Shown one piece after another: positions 47,687-58,658 of a stretch of 64,000 nt of DNA (the stretch's first letter is position 1; each line of letters opens with the position of its first letter). Under the pieces are notes generated by a model that was given only the letters and a program-made list of their open reading frames with translations, was not told the origin of the DNA and ran no database searches. The stretch is from Patescibacteria group bacterium UBA3530 (lineage in GTDB: Bacteria; Patescibacteriota; Minisyncoccia; Phycocordibacterales; UBA2100), in contig DFOX01000009.1 of assembly GCA_002376945.1 (NCBI GenBank), positions 1,340 to 65,339 on the forward strand, written 5' to 3'. A program made the position numbers and the translations under genes.

Positions 47687-48283
47687 TTAGTTTTTTGAGT
47701 CAAATCGACTCGTCACCACATTCCAATTGAGATTGTTCAAGAATGCATCAATGTGTTGCTTTTTCTCTGCTGGAAGATAGTCAATCATGTATGCGTGTTC
47801 CCACATATCCATCGCCAACAGAACTTCAACATCAGCGAGTGTTCCGAGCTCATGATCCGTTGTCCACCACACATGCGGAGTATTTCCTTTTCTGTCCCAC
47901 GCGAGCACGGTCCACCCACTGCCGCGGCTCATACCCACGCTTGTAAAGTGTGCAATGAATGCATCCCACGATCCATACTTTTCAGATAGAGTCGACGCAA
48001 GCGCGCTCTCCATGGGTGCATCAGTAGCACCACCTTCAAATTGTGGGAAGTAGAATTCATGCATGCGCATGCCGTTAAATTCAAACCCAAGACGACGACG
48101 AATAGATTCAATGGCGAACTGATATTTCTCTGCGTCTTTTTCGGTCAGATCAGCAATTTGTTCTCGCAGCACGTTAATGTGTTTTACGTATCCTTCGTAG
48201 AGTCCGATGTGTACATCAATTTGTTTTTGCGAAATACCTTCCAGTGCGGGGATGGTAAATTTCTTTGGTTCGTATGAATGCAT
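47687..48283 (-). CDS. sodA: Fe/Mn superoxide dismutase
   Basis: HHxxH and DMWEHAYMIDY motifs. Confidence 0.9.
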   Translation of the reverse strand: MHSYEPKKFTIPALEGISQKQIDVHIGLYEGYVKHINVLREQIADLTEKDAEKYQFAIESIRRRLGFEFNGMRMHEFYFPQFEGGATDAPMESALASTLSEKYGSWDAFIAHFTSVGMSRGSGWTVLAWDRKGNTPHVWWTTDHELGTLADVEVLLAMDMWEHAYMIDYLPAEKKQHIDAFLNNLNWNVVTSRFDSKN

Positions 48284-48316
48284 ATGTAGTATATTTATGG
48301 TAAGTAATATTTCAGT

Positions 48317-49183
48317 GTGACAATGATACCGATGTACAAACAGTATATACCATTGGGAGTAATCCTTATACTATCAACAGCACTCTATTTCATATGGCTT
48401 CCCATATTGAGTCCTTTTACTCAAACTGCCGCAACCATCGCTTTTTTGGATGTTGGTCAAGGCGATGCGATTCTCATCACGTCACCTTCGGGAAAACAGA
48501 TACTCATTGACGGAGGAAAGGACAGTGCCGTGCTGAGAGCGCTGGGATCTGCCATGCCATTTTGGGACAGAACCATAGATATGGTAGTGGCCACACATCC
48601 CGACCGCGACCATGTTGGAGGACTTGTGCACATTGTAGACAGATACGACGTTGCAACGATACTGTACTCAGGAGTGTCTGATGATGATAACGTATTACAA
48701 ACAGTGGAACAGAGAATGAAAGACACACACACGGTACTCACGGCCCGTAGAGGTCAGATATTTGACATGGGAGATGGTCTTTACATAGAAGTACTGTTTC
48801 CTGACAGAGAGGTGGTGAACATGGAAAGCAATACCGGTTCAATTGTTCTCCGTGTTGTATACGGAGAGCAATCTTTTCTTTTAACAGGAGATGCCCCGCA
48901 ATCCATTGAAAAGTATCTCATACAGCTCGATGGGACTGCTTTGGATTCAGAGGTATTAAAAGCAGGACACCATGGATCAAAAACATCCAGTGCAGCTGAT
49001 TTTGTGGGAATTGTTTCTCCGGAGTATGTGGTGTTCTCAAGAGGGTGCGAAAATCGATACGGACATCCGCACAAGCAAGTAGAGGATCTTTTTTCACAAT
49101 GGAGTATCCCTACATTTGATACGTGTACCGAAGGCACTATCACATTTACCACCGATGGCAGGACGCTGGAGGTGGAATATTGA
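48317..49183 (+). CDS. ComEC-type metallo-beta-lactamase domain protein (stand-alone, N-terminal TM anchor)
   Basis: LDVGQGDAILI, ILIDGG, HPDRDHVGGL, LKAGHHGSKTSS and YGHPH, as in the ComEC C-terminal MBL domain. Confidence 0.75.
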   Translation: MTMIPMYKQYIPLGVILILSTALYFIWLPILSPFTQTAATIAFLDVGQGDAILITSPSGKQILIDGGKDSAVLRALGSAMPFWDRTIDMVVATHPDRDHVGGLVHIVDRYDVATILYSGVSDDDNVLQTVEQRMKDTHTVLTARRGQIFDMGDGLYIEVLFPDREVVNMESNTGSIVLRVVYGEQSFLLTGDAPQSIEKYLIQLDGTALDSEVLKAGHHGSKTSSAADFVGIVSPEYVVFSRGCENRYGHPHKQVEDLFSQWSIPTFDTCTEGTITFTTDGRTLEVEY

Positions 49184-49246
49184 CAATATATTATTTACGT
49201 GTTAGTGTGTTAAAACCACAAAGAAAAAAGAATAGGAGGCAGATTC

Positions 49247-49447
49247 ATGTATGACGAGTGGTTTGGAGGGTTGAGCACCTTGAAAAAGGTGCTCTTTGCC
49301 CTCGTGGTGGCAGGGTTGCCTGTCGCGTACGCAGCCAGCTTCTATGAAGTACCGGTTCGCGTGCCGGGAGGCATCGTCACCGACAAAAATATCGTCGCAC
49401 CCCGGACAAGTCTTCGTCCAGTGGCGCGACCAAGAGTCCTGCGATAA
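49247..49447 (+). CDS. hypothetical small protein
   Basis: 66 aa with one hydrophobic segment; weak. Confidence 0.25.
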   Translation: MYDEWFGGLSTLKKVLFALVVAGLPVAYAASFYEVPVRVPGGIVTDKNIVAPRTSLRPVARPRVLR

Positions 49448-49490
49448 GAATCAGGACGAAAAAACCGAGCGGCAACGCTCGGTTTTCCCT

Positions 49491-49733
49491 TTATACCAAT
49501 CCTGCCTTTTTGAGTGTTTTGTAGGCCCCGTTTTTATGTATCGTCTTGATTGCTTTTGTTGAGAGTCGAAGCGTTACTGACTTTGCAAGTTCAGGAATGT
49601 AAAAAGTTTTCTTTTGAAGATTGACAGCGCGTCGTTTCTTACCACCAGAGTTAAACTGCGTCGCACGCGTACGGTTACTATACCGTCCTCCTACTTGCGA
49701 TTTTTTACCTGTCACCATGCATTCCTTTGCCAT
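49491..49733 (-). CDS. rpmB: 50S ribosomal protein L28
   Basis: Trimmed to MAKECMVTGKK (alternative MADYMAKEC at 49745); RRAVNLQKKTFYIPE. Confidence 0.8.
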   Translation of the reverse strand: MAKECMVTGKKSQVGGRYSNRTRATQFNSGGKKRRAVNLQKKTFYIPELAKSVTLRLSTKAIKTIHKNGAYKTLKKAGLV

Positions 49734-49784
49734 ATAGTCGGCCATGCTACCATTAAAGGAATGGGAAGGCAATAATCTTCCTCT

Positions 49785-50417
49785 TTGTGTATTATGGGAG
49801 CCGAAATAATATTTCTAATAGCTATTCTCGTTGTGTCGGTAGTCATCCACGAGGTTGCTCATGGATTTGCTGCTAATTGGTTAGGTGATCCAACCGCGCG
49901 ACTGGAGGGGCGACTCACTCTAAATCCGGTACCTCATGTAGATCCTATGGGGTCAATCATACTTCCGGCAATTCTCGCACTTTCCAGTTCCCCGCTTCTT
50001 TTTGGATGGGCCAAACCCGTTCCATACAATCCGTATAATCTGCAAAAGGGCGGGAGATGGGCGGAAGCTTTAGTGGCTTTTGCGGGACCTGCGGCGAATA
50101 TAGGTATTGCCATCATATTTGGAATCATAGTTCGGTTAGGAATACTTCCCGCAGGAGCGGAGATGCTTGCAGTGTCAATTGTATTTTTAAACGTATTGCT
50201 GGCCATATTCAATTTAATACCGATTCCGCCTCTTGATGGATCAAAAATTCTTCCACGGATTCTTCCTCGGTCCCTTGCGATGCACTATGAGCGCATGAGG
50301 ATGGCTTTTGAGCAACATATTTTCATTGGTTTTGGAGTGGTGATTTTGGCCGTACTTCTGTTCGGTACATATCTGGTGGATGCGGTTTCTTTCGTCACTC
50401 GTATAATTCTTGGTTGA
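49785..50417 (+). CDS. site-2 protease family zinc metalloprotease (peptidase M50)
   Basis: HEVAHG zinc motif inside a TM helix; polytopic. Confidence 0.75.
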   Translation: MCIMGAEIIFLIAILVVSVVIHEVAHGFAANWLGDPTARLEGRLTLNPVPHVDPMGSIILPAILALSSSPLLFGWAKPVPYNPYNLQKGGRWAEALVAFAGPAANIGIAIIFGIIVRLGILPAGAEMLAVSIVFLNVLLAIFNLIPIPPLDGSKILPRILPRSLAMHYERMRMAFEQHIFIGFGVVILAVLLFGTYLVDAVSFVTRIILG

Positions 50418-51619
50418 GTATGTTTGAAGGTTTGTTACGTAGAAAAAAGAAGCAACCGGAAGTACCGGAATTCGAATCTTTTAAGAATGTGCACGTCACA
50501 TCAAGCATGCCTGAGGCAAGTGTAGTTGCAGGAGGTGGTCCACGGTCGCGCATTGACCCTGTCGAAGCGGCCATGAAATCAATCAGAGGTCTTGAAGATG
50601 AGGAAGTTCCCGTAGTTTCAAAAAAAGAACGTCAAGAACCACACGCGAATATGATGGCACCGCCCGTTGCACAAAAACCTCGAACGGTTTCATTGGAACC
50701 ATCAACAGATTCGGTGCCGCGCGTTAAAACCATGCCAACAATCGATGCAGAAATCTCTATACCACAAAAAGAACAGGTGCCTTCACTAGAGGTGGTATCT
50801 GAAATTAAGGAAGCTGTAGAAACGGCAGCAGCAGATGCTCCTGAAAGTATCAAGAGACAATCAGAGTCGGAAACCGTTTCTTTACAAGAACGTCTTGAAC
50901 GAGCTCATGCCAGCGAGGAAGCCATCGAAGCTACGGTTGATGCCATTCAGGAAGTTGCGAGCACACATACTGATATATACGGAGTGAAGCGCGAAGCAGC
51001 CCCAGAAACTCCTCAGATGGAAACAGTGGTGATACACAAAGGTGGTACTTCTCAAAAAGAAGGAGCGCATCGAGTCACCAAAGAGAACAAAATGAGCAAC
51101 ACCGAAGAACTTGTTTCAAGAGAGAAAGCATCGTTTGAAGATAGAATCAATGATTTAGTCGATACCGTTTCTGATAAGGAGCGTTTAAAGAAACAGTTGA
51201 TTGCGGAATTTTATAAAAAAACAATCGCTGATTTGGTTGGTGAGAGAACGGCGATTAAGGAGCCGCAGAAAGAATCAGTAACTGAAGCAGAAGAGGGTGA
51301 TGTTGAGAAAACGCTTCGTGCCATTCGTGCGATCGTTGAGCAATTGAAAGAAACCGTCGATCCTCAAGTGGTAGAGGTGGTTGATGCAAGTTCGCGTAAG
51401 TTACAAGAATCCGGTACGCAAAAGCAAACCCAGAAGATATTGACAGGTTTTGCATTACACGCGGTGGAAGCACCAACGAAGGTGGCACGGACGGGAGTAA
51501 TAGCAGGAGCACTCGGAGGGTTGGCGGTGGGAACTGCAGCGGCAACTGCCGCAGCCACCGGATTGGCGATTGTTTCAGGTGGAAGAAGTATTACACTTAC
51601 CCCAAAGAAAGTAGTATGA
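50414..51619 (+). CDS. acidic hypothetical protein with C-terminal hydrophobic segment
   Basis: 401 aa, Glu-rich, C-terminal GVIAGALGGLAVGTAAATAAATGLAIV. Confidence 0.45.
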   Translation: MSMFEGLLRRKKKQPEVPEFESFKNVHVTSSMPEASVVAGGGPRSRIDPVEAAMKSIRGLEDEEVPVVSKKERQEPHANMMAPPVAQKPRTVSLEPSTDSVPRVKTMPTIDAEISIPQKEQVPSLEVVSEIKEAVETAAADAPESIKRQSESETVSLQERLERAHASEEAIEATVDAIQEVASTHTDIYGVKREAAPETPQMETVVIHKGGTSQKEGAHRVTKENKMSNTEELVSREKASFEDRINDLVDTVSDKERLKKQLIAEFYKKTIADLVGERTAIKEPQKESVTEAEEGDVEKTLRAIRAIVEQLKETVDPQVVEVVDASSRKLQESGTQKQTQKILTGFALHAVEAPTKVARTGVIAGALGGLAVGTAAATAAATGLAIVSGGRSITLTPKKVV

Positions 51620-51918
51620 TTAATATCACCGATTTACATAACCGACTGGTGCAAGAACTCAATATAGAGAATCTTCCTCCTCACGATCAGGAAAAAATAC
51701 TTGATCAAGCGGGTAGCATGATATACCAGCGAATATTGCTCGCAGTATTTCAAAACATTCCTACAACCGAACACGATAAACTAAAACAGTTTGTAGCAGC
51801 CGATTTAGAAGATGAAATTACCGAACTCGTACACAAACATGTTCCACAGGCAGAAGAGATTATAGAAAAGGAAATGACGTCGAGCGTACAGGAATTAAAA
51901 GAGATACTCGGGGTGTAG
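51616..51918 (+). CDS. hypothetical protein
   Basis: 100-aa ORF translationally coupled to the upstream gene. Confidence 0.4.
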   Translation: MINITDLHNRLVQELNIENLPPHDQEKILDQAGSMIYQRILLAVFQNIPTTEHDKLKQFVAADLEDEITELVHKHVPQAEEIIEKEMTSSVQELKEILGV

Positions 51919-51990
51919 TGTAAGAGTTGCATTTGATGCCACGCCATAGTATATTTTGCGCACTGCCCATAGGGGCGGCTTTTAATATAT

Positions 51991-52407
51991 ATGGCAACAA
52001 TAAACCAGTTAGTTCGCAAAGGACGAAAGAGTGTCACCAAGAAAAGTAAGACGGTGGCGCTTCGTCGTGGGTTTAATAGTCTGAATAACAAGCCATCTCA
52101 TTACGCTTCTCCGTTTAAGCGAGGAGTGTGTACTAAAGTGACGACTAAGACACCGCGTAAACCTAACTCAGCTATTCGTAAAATTGCCCGCGTTCGACTT
52201 ACCAACGGCATGGAAATAACTGCGTATATCCCGGGTGAATCACACAATTTGCAAGAACACTCGGTAGTAACGGTTCGTGGTGGGCGAGTGAAGGATATCG
52301 GGGTGCGATACACTGTTGTTCGGGGACGCTTGGATTCTGAGGGTGTAGACAAGCGACGAACCGGTCGATCTAAATATGGTACTAAGAAACCCAAAGGTGA
52401 CGAATAA
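51991..52407 (+). CDS. rpsL: 30S ribosomal protein S12 (with ~13-aa internal insertion)
   Basis: [13 protein letters not shown] ... [16 protein letters not shown]. Confidence 0.95.
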   Translation: MATINQLVRKGRKSVTKKSKTVALRRGFNSLNNKPSHYASPFKRGVCTKVTTKTPRKPNSAIRKIARVRLTNGMEITAYIPGESHNLQEHSVVTVRGGRVKDIGVRYTVVRGRLDSEGVDKRRTGRSKYGTKKPKGDE

Positions 52408-52410
52408 TAT

Positions 52411-52881
52411 ATGCGACGACCACTAAAAAAGAAACACGAACTCACACCTGATTCAGTATACGGGTCCGAGAAAGTGACTAAGCTCATTAACTACATAATG
52501 GAGCGAGGAAAGAAGGACACCGCACGAAAGATTGTGTACGCAGCTTTTGAAGAGCTTGCAGGAGAAGGCGGGAAAGAAGACCCTGTGGCCATTTTCGAAA
52601 CAGCTATCAAAAACGTGGCCCCCTTGATGGAGGTGCGTTCACGACGTGTGGGTGGTGCAAACTATCAAGTGCCACGCGAAGTGCGACCTGAACGCCGTCA
52701 GGCGCTTGCACTTCGCTGGATTGTTGAAGCTTCACGAAACGGAAAAGGAAGAGAGATGCACAAACGTCTTGCTGAAGAGATTCGAAAAGCCGCACACGAA
52801 GAAGGAGAAGCGGTGACCAAGCGCATCAACACACACAAAATGGCCGAGGCAAACAAAGCGTTTGCACACTTTGCATGGTAG
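52411..52881 (+). CDS. rpsG: 30S ribosomal protein S7
   Basis: Conserved S7 sequence; position in str operon. Confidence 0.95.
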   Translation: MRRPLKKKHELTPDSVYGSEKVTKLINYIMERGKKDTARKIVYAAFEELAGEGGKEDPVAIFETAIKNVAPLMEVRSRRVGGANYQVPREVRPERRQALALRWIVEASRNGKGREMHKRLAEEIRKAAHEEGEAVTKRINTHKMAEANKAFAHFAW

Positions 52882-52925
52882 GAGGTGGTTTTTATATTAT
52901 TACGATTACTTAACATATCATACGT

Positions 52926-55064
52926 ATGGCTCGCACATATCCATTAGAAAGACTCCGAAACTTCGGAATCGTGGCACACGTTGATGCTGGCAAAACAACA
53001 ACCAGTGAACGCGTTCTTTTTTACACGGGCATGAGTCATAAGATTGGTGAGGTACACGATGGCGAGACGGTTACCGACTGGATGGAGCAGGAGCGGGAGC
53101 GAGGAATTACCATCACTGCGGCTGCCATCTCGTGTAACTGGCAGCCAACATATACCGATGACGAAAGCAAGAAACACACTTTCAATATTATTGACACGCC
53201 CGGACACATCGATTTTACCGCCGAGGTGAAGCGATCCATGCGCGTTCTTGACGGAGCAGTCGTCGTATTTGACGCTGTTGCCGGTGTGGAGCCACAATCT
53301 GAGACTAACTGGAGATATGCCGAAGAGGCAAATGTGCCACGTATTTGTTTCATCAACAAACTTGATCGAACTGGAGCTTCATTTGAACGTTCATATCAAA
53401 GTATTCTTGAGCGCCTTTCGAACAAGGCAGTTCGAGCGCAACTTCCGATTGGGGAAGAGGATGCGCATGAGGGTGTGGTAGATCTACTGTCACGAAAAGC
53501 ATTCCGGTTTGAAGGACAAATGGGAATTGATATTGTTGAGGGAGACGTGCCTGAGCACATGAGAGATGACGTTGAAACATACCGAGCAGAGCTCGTAGAG
53601 AAGATTGTAGAACAAGACGAAGATGCCCTGAATGCATACCTAGAAGGAGAAGAACCTTCATACGAAACACTCAAGGCACTGCTTCGAAAAGCGGTAATTG
53701 CTAATGATATATTCTTGGTATATACCGGATCAGCGCTGAAGAACAAGGGTGTCCAGTTGGTACTTGACGGTGTTGTTGATTATCTTCCCAGCCCCCTCGA
53801 TCTTCCTGCGGTGGTGGGTATCAATCCAAATACCAATGAGGAAGTTACGCGAGAACCTCGTGACGAAGAACCGCTTGCCGCACTCGCCTTCAAGCTCCAA
53901 ACAGATCCCTTCGTCGGACAGCTCACCTTCTTTCGAGTGTATTCAGGAGTGTGTAAGGCAGGGTCATATGTATTTAACGCTTCAAACGGAAAGAAAGAGC
54001 GTATAGGACGAATTGTCCGATTACAGGCTGACAAGCGAGAAGAGGTGGCGGAAGTGTACACCGGAGAGATTGCTGCAGCGGTTGGATTAAAGGACACCAA
54101 GACCAGTCACACGCTCTCTGATGAGAATCATCCAATCGTCCTTGAGGAGATGACTTTCCCGGAACCAGTGGTTGCGGCACGAATCGAACCTAAAACCAAG
54201 CAGGATCAAGAGAAAATGGGTATTGCGTTAAACAAGCTTTCAGACGAAGACCCTACCTTTAAGGTCTCCACTGACTCGGAAACTCTCGAGACCGTTATTG
54301 CCGGAATGGGAGAATTACATCTTGACATTTTGGTTGATCGTATGAAGAGGGAATTCAATGTTGAAGCTGATCTTGGTAAGCCACAGGTGGCATATCGAGA
54401 GACCATCCAAGGTACCAAAGAAAGTGAAATTAAATACATCAAACAAACAGGAGGTCGAGGACAGTATGGGCACGTCAAACTCAACGTGAAGCCGCTTGAA
54501 GCAATTGCCGCTGATGAGAAAATCGCAAAGAACATTGATCGAGAGGAACATTTTGAATTCATCAATAACATTAAAGGCGGTGTTATCCCCGCAGAATACA
54601 TTCCGGCAGTCAAAAAAGGCGTAAAGGAAGCCATGGAGCGCGGTATTGTTGCCGGATACCCAATGGTAGACGTATCAGTAGACTTATTCGACGGATCGTT
54701 CCACGATGTTGATTCTTCAGAAATTGCCTTTAAAATCGCGGCATCGCAGGCATTTCAAGAAGCAGCAAAGGGAGCGCAGCCGGTGCTGCTTGAACCCATT
54801 ATGAAAGTGGAAGTCACCACGCCTGAGCAATTTATGGGTGACGTTACGGGAAACCTAAGTTCCATGCGTGGACAAGTTGAAGGAATGGATGATCGGGGAA
54901 ATGCTAAGGTGGTAACCGCCAAGGTTCCCCTATCTGAAATGTTCGGATACACCACGACACTTCGATCTATGACCGAAGGAAGAGCTAATGCGACCATGGA
55001 ATTCTCACACTATGCGGTTGTTCCGCAAAATGTTGCCGAAGAAATACAGGCACAAAGAGGATAA
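52926..55064 (+). CDS. fusA: elongation factor G
   Basis: AHVDAGKTT; DTPGHIDF; NKLDR. Confidence 0.95.
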   Translation: MARTYPLERLRNFGIVAHVDAGKTTTSERVLFYTGMSHKIGEVHDGETVTDWMEQERERGITITAAAISCNWQPTYTDDESKKHTFNIIDTPGHIDFTAEVKRSMRVLDGAVVVFDAVAGVEPQSETNWRYAEEANVPRICFINKLDRTGASFERSYQSILERLSNKAVRAQLPIGEEDAHEGVVDLLSRKAFRFEGQMGIDIVEGDVPEHMRDDVETYRAELVEKIVEQDEDALNAYLEGEEPSYETLKALLRKAVIANDIFLVYTGSALKNKGVQLVLDGVVDYLPSPLDLPAVVGINPNTNEEVTREPRDEEPLAALAFKLQTDPFVGQLTFFRVYSGVCKAGSYVFNASNGKKERIGRIVRLQADKREEVAEVYTGEIAAAVGLKDTKTSHTLSDENHPIVLEEMTFPEPVVAARIEPKTKQDQEKMGIALNKLSDEDPTFKVSTDSETLETVIAGMGELHLDILVDRMKREFNVEADLGKPQVAYRETIQGTKESEIKYIKQTGGRGQYGHVKLNVKPLEAIAADEKIAKNIDREEHFEFINNIKGGVIPAEYIPAVKKGVKEAMERGIVAGYPMVDVSVDLFDGSFHDVDSSEIAFKIAASQAFQEAAKGAQPVLLEPIMKVEVTTPEQFMGDVTGNLSSMRGQVEGMDDRGNAKVVTAKVPLSEMFGYTTTLRSMTEGRANATMEFSHYAVVPQNVAEEIQAQRG

Positions 55065-55072
55065 CAGTATTT

Positions 55073-55133
55073 GAGCGCTTGACTCCAAGCGCTCTTTTGC
55101 TACCATGTGGCCACGCGTATTGCGTGCTTTTTT
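55073..55133 (+). terminator. two tandem terminator hairpins after fusA
   Basis: GAGCGCTTG-ACTCC-CAAGCGCTC-TTTT, then CACGC-GTATT-GCGTG-CTTTTTT. Confidence 0.5.
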
Positions 55134-55229
55134 CATTGCGCGCATAAGTGTTGTTGTTGAGTGTAGAGAAGCAATTCTCGCGCCTCTACACTTGTCAATG
55201 AGAGATTATTATTTATTAACATATTTACT

Positions 55230-56426
55230 ATGGCAGATAACTTTGATCGTTCAAAGCCGCACATGAACGTTGGTACCATAGGTCACGTTGACCACGGTAA
55301 AACAACGCTTACCGCTGCGATTTTGAACTCACTTAAGCTTTCAGGTCAAGCGGTGACCATGAAAAATATTGATGATATCGACAACGCCCCAGAAGAAAAG
55401 GAGCGCGGTATCACCATTGCTTTGTCTCATCAAGAGTACGAAACAGAGAAGCGCCACTATGCGCACATTGATGCGCCTGGACACGCCGACTACATTAAGA
55501 ACATGATCACCGGTGCCGCACAGATGGACGGTGCAATTTTGGTGGTTGCCGCAACAGACGGTCTTATGCCACAAACGCGTGAGCATATCCTCCTTGCCAA
55601 GCAAGTGGGTGTTCCGAAGATTATTGTCTTTTTGAACAAAACCGACATGCCTGATGTGGACGAAGAAATGATCGAATTGGTTGAAGAGGAAATTCGAGAG
55701 ACCCTTACCCAATACGAATTTGACGGAGAGAACACTCCATTTATTAAGGGATCAGCTCTTAAGGGTGTTGAGTCAACTTCAGTGGATGATGAATGGACTC
55801 AAAAGATTCTCGAGCTGACCAAAGCCATGGATGATTGGTTTGAAGTGCCTGCTCGTGATACCGACAAGCCATTCTTGATGCCTATTGAGGACATCTTCTC
55901 AATTGAAGGACGTGGTACCGTGGTAACAGGACGAATCGAACAAGGAAAGGTAAAGGTTGGAGAAGAAGTTGAAATTGTTGGTATTAAAGAGACTACAAAG
56001 ACAACTGTTACGGGAATTGAAATGTTTAACAAAAACCTAGACGAAGGTCTTGCGGGGGATAACGCAGGTATCCTGCTTCGAGGCACAAAGAAAGAAGAGG
56101 TACATCGCGGACAAGTACTCGCCGCTACTGGTTCAATTACACCGCACACGGAATTTGAAGCAGAAGTATACGTACTTTCAAAAGAAGAAGGTGGACGACA
56201 CACTCCATTCTTCTCGGGCTACAAGCCGCAATTCTACATGCGAACCACTGACGTTACCGGAGAGGTGACGCTTCCGGATGGAATCGAGATGGTGATGCCC
56301 GGTGACACCGCAACCTTTAAGGTTAAACTTGTAGGTCCAATTGCTATCGACGACCAGATGAAGTTCACTGTTCGAGAAGGTGGACGAACCGTGGGAGCCG
56401 GTGTGGTAACGAAGGTAGTAGCGTAA
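55230..56426 (+). CDS. tuf: elongation factor Tu
   Basis: [10 protein letters not shown]; DAPGHADY; NKTDM. Confidence 0.95.
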   Translation: MADNFDRSKPHMNVGTIGHVDHGKTTLTAAILNSLKLSGQAVTMKNIDDIDNAPEEKERGITIALSHQEYETEKRHYAHIDAPGHADYIKNMITGAAQMDGAILVVAATDGLMPQTREHILLAKQVGVPKIIVFLNKTDMPDVDEEMIELVEEEIRETLTQYEFDGENTPFIKGSALKGVESTSVDDEWTQKILELTKAMDDWFEVPARDTDKPFLMPIEDIFSIEGRGTVVTGRIEQGKVKVGEEVEIVGIKETTKTTVTGIEMFNKNLDEGLAGDNAGILLRGTKKEEVHRGQVLAATGSITPHTEFEAEVYVLSKEEGGRHTPFFSGYKPQFYMRTTDVTGEVTLPDGIEMVMPGDTATFKVKLVGPIAIDDQMKFTVREGGRTVGAGVVTKVVA

Positions 56427-56454
56427 GTACTTGCATTAAGCACCTGCACACAGT

Positions 56455-56823
56455 ATGGTGTGCGTACGTTCTATGACAGCAACTGAGAAAAAGACAACCA
56501 AAAAGTCGGAAGCAGGCGTTGAACGCCTACGAATTCGAGTCCGAGCATATGAGCATAAATTGCTTGATGTGTCGGTGAAGCAAATAATTGATACCGCATT
56601 TCGTTTTGAAGCTGAGGTTCGCGGTCCAGTGCCACTTCCTACGGAAATTAAGAAGTACACTGTTAACCGATCCACCTTTGTACACAAAGATGCGCGAGAA
56701 CAGTTCGAAATGCGAATTCACAAACGATTAATTGAGATTTTGCATCCGACACCAAAAGTCATTGAGGCACTCACCAACATTAGTTTGCCGGCAGGTGTTT
56801 CCATTGACGTTAAGATGGTGTAA
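56455..56823 (+). CDS. rpsJ: 30S ribosomal protein S10
   Basis: RIRVRAYEHKLLD ... PLPTEIKKYTV; start may be the internal ATG at 56473. Confidence 0.9.
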   Translation: MVCVRSMTATEKKTTKKSEAGVERLRIRVRAYEHKLLDVSVKQIIDTAFRFEAEVRGPVPLPTEIKKYTVNRSTFVHKDAREQFEMRIHKRLIEILHPTPKVIEALTNISLPAGVSIDVKMV

Positions 56824-57010
56824 TCTCCATTGTTGTGTTGCAGTCTGCAAGAGCCGCCCGTGAGGGCGGTTTTTGCAAACGCTTGCACAAAACAAAACCT
56901 CGTGTATACTCTCCTGCATTGCTGCTAAGTCCACTCTCTTCTCGAGTGAAGGACCAATGGCCAAAGTGCTCACACTTTCGCCCTTGGTGGCGATTTTTAA
57001 ATTTCATTTC

Positions 57011-57613
57011 ATGAAATGCATTCTCGGGACAAAACAAAAGATGACACAGATTTTCGATGAGTCGGGGAAGGTATTTCCTGCGACGGTTGTTACCGCCGGT
57101 CCTGTCACTGTAACGCAGGTCAAGGGAGAAAAAGACGGATATGAAGCAGTACAAGTTGCCTTTGGTGACCAAAAGGAGAAGAATGTGGCCAAAGCTCAAA
57201 AAGGACACTTTGGCGATCTCGGATCATTTAAAACAGTGAGAGAATTTCGTACCGCCACGGGAGAGATACAAACGGGAGATGTCATTAACGTCGAAGCTTT
57301 TGAAGTCGGAGACACGGTGAGTGTCAGTTCAGTAACCAAAGGTAAAGGAAACCAAGGTGTCGTTAAGCGACACAACTTTGCGGGAGGTCCACGAACACAC
57401 GGTCAGAAGCATTCAGAGCGTCGTCCGGGATCAATTGGTTCAACGGGACCGCAGCGAGTATTGAAAGGACTGAAGATGGCAGGACGCACAGGGGGAAATC
57501 GAGTGACGGTTAAAAATTTGAAGGTATTGCAAATCGACAAAGATACCAACACCTTGGTCATTTCAGGAGCCATACCGGGTCGTTCCGGAACCTTGGTTGA
57601 AATTCGAGGATAA
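57011..57613 (+). CDS. rplC: 50S ribosomal protein L3
   Basis: Trimmed to MKCILGTKQKMTQIF. Confidence 0.9.
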   Translation: MKCILGTKQKMTQIFDESGKVFPATVVTAGPVTVTQVKGEKDGYEAVQVAFGDQKEKNVAKAQKGHFGDLGSFKTVREFRTATGEIQTGDVINVEAFEVGDTVSVSSVTKGKGNQGVVKRHNFAGGPRTHGQKHSERRPGSIGSTGPQRVLKGLKMAGRTGGNRVTVKNLKVLQIDKDTNTLVISGAIPGRSGTLVEIRG

Positions 57614-57614
57614 C

Positions 57615-58295
57615 ATGCATATGAAAGTAGCGGTACACACACAAACAGGAAAAAAGGGAGGTTCAGTCGAAGTATCTGATGTTGTTTTCGGTGCACCTTG
57701 GAACACTGACTTGGTTCACCAGGTCGTTGTGGGGATGCAGGCAAATGCACGCACTGCAATTGCACATACGAAAATGCGTGGTGAAGTACGTGGCGGCGGA
57801 AAGAAGCCATGGAAACAAAAAGGACTTGGACGAGCTCGTCATGGATCAAGTCGTAGTCCGCTATGGCGTGGTGGTGGCGTTACGTTCGGTCCGCGCAATG
57901 ACAAAGTGTTTGCTAAAAAAATCAACAAAAAGATGCGTGCAAAAGCACTCTACAGCGCTCTCTCACAAAAGCATCGAGATGGTGAGATTCTGTTTGTAGA
58001 CACGCTCTCATTCAAATCACCCAAGACAAGTGATGCACAAAACGTTATCAAGGCACTTGGAAGCGTAAAAGGGTTTGAATCATTAACATCAAAAAAGCAT
58101 AATGTTGCATACATCGCTCTTCCGGAAGTGGATGTAAACATACAGAAGAGTTTTGGAAACTTTGGAAACGTAAAGGTAAGCGAAACACGAAACCTCAACC
58201 CCGTTGACGTATTGAAGTATAAAAACATCATCATTGTTGCACCGGAGTCGAGCACCAAAATACTTGAAGATCGAATGGTAAGAGAAGCAAAATAG
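57615..58295 (+). CDS. rplD: 50S ribosomal protein L4
   Basis: MHMKVAVHT (or ATG at 57621); GGGKKPWKQKGLGRAR. Confidence 0.9.
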   Translation: MHMKVAVHTQTGKKGGSVEVSDVVFGAPWNTDLVHQVVVGMQANARTAIAHTKMRGEVRGGGKKPWKQKGLGRARHGSSRSPLWRGGGVTFGPRNDKVFAKKINKKMRAKALYSALSQKHRDGEILFVDTLSFKSPKTSDAQNVIKALGSVKGFESLTSKKHNVAYIALPEVDVNIQKSFGNFGNVKVSETRNLNPVDVLKYKNIIIVAPESSTKILEDRMVREAK

Positions 58296-58298
58296 CGT

Positions 58299-58655
58299 AT
58301 GACTGCATTATTTGGAAAAAAAGAAGAGAATGAGGAGGTTGCAAGTACAGCAGCAGTTTCATCAGTACATGAAGATGATCTCGCGCGCATTTTAATACAA
58401 CCGCGTATCACCGAAAAAGCAACCATCGGCACTGATGATAATGTGTATGTGTTTGATGTGGCGCCTGATGCAAATAAAATACAGATTAAGCATGCGATTA
58501 AGAAGGCGTACAATGTGGATCCCGTAAAAATTCGTGTGAGCAGTATTGCAAAGAAACAGGTACGAAATATGCGAACTGGTATCAAGGGAGTTACGGCAGG
58601 AGGTAAAAAGGCCTACGTCTACCTTAAGAAGGGTGAGAGTATTTCAATAATGTAA
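58299..58655 (+). CDS. rplW: 50S ribosomal protein L23
   Basis: ILIQPRITEKAT ... YVFDVAPDANKIQIKHAIKKAYNV. Confidence 0.9.
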   Translation: MTALFGKKEENEEVASTAAVSSVHEDDLARILIQPRITEKATIGTDDNVYVFDVAPDANKIQIKHAIKKAYNVDPVKIRVSSIAKKQVRNMRTGIKGVTAGGKKAYVYLKKGESISIM

Positions 58656-58658
58656 AGT

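Noticed and set aside
47480-47698. 72-aa plus-strand ORF (MPEDEDTRRNNHPARRRNPQ...)
   Set aside because: Antisense to the SD-preceded 50-codon minus-strand ORF. It has no RBS and a Arg/Pro-rich low-complexity product, and it runs into the sodA 3' end.
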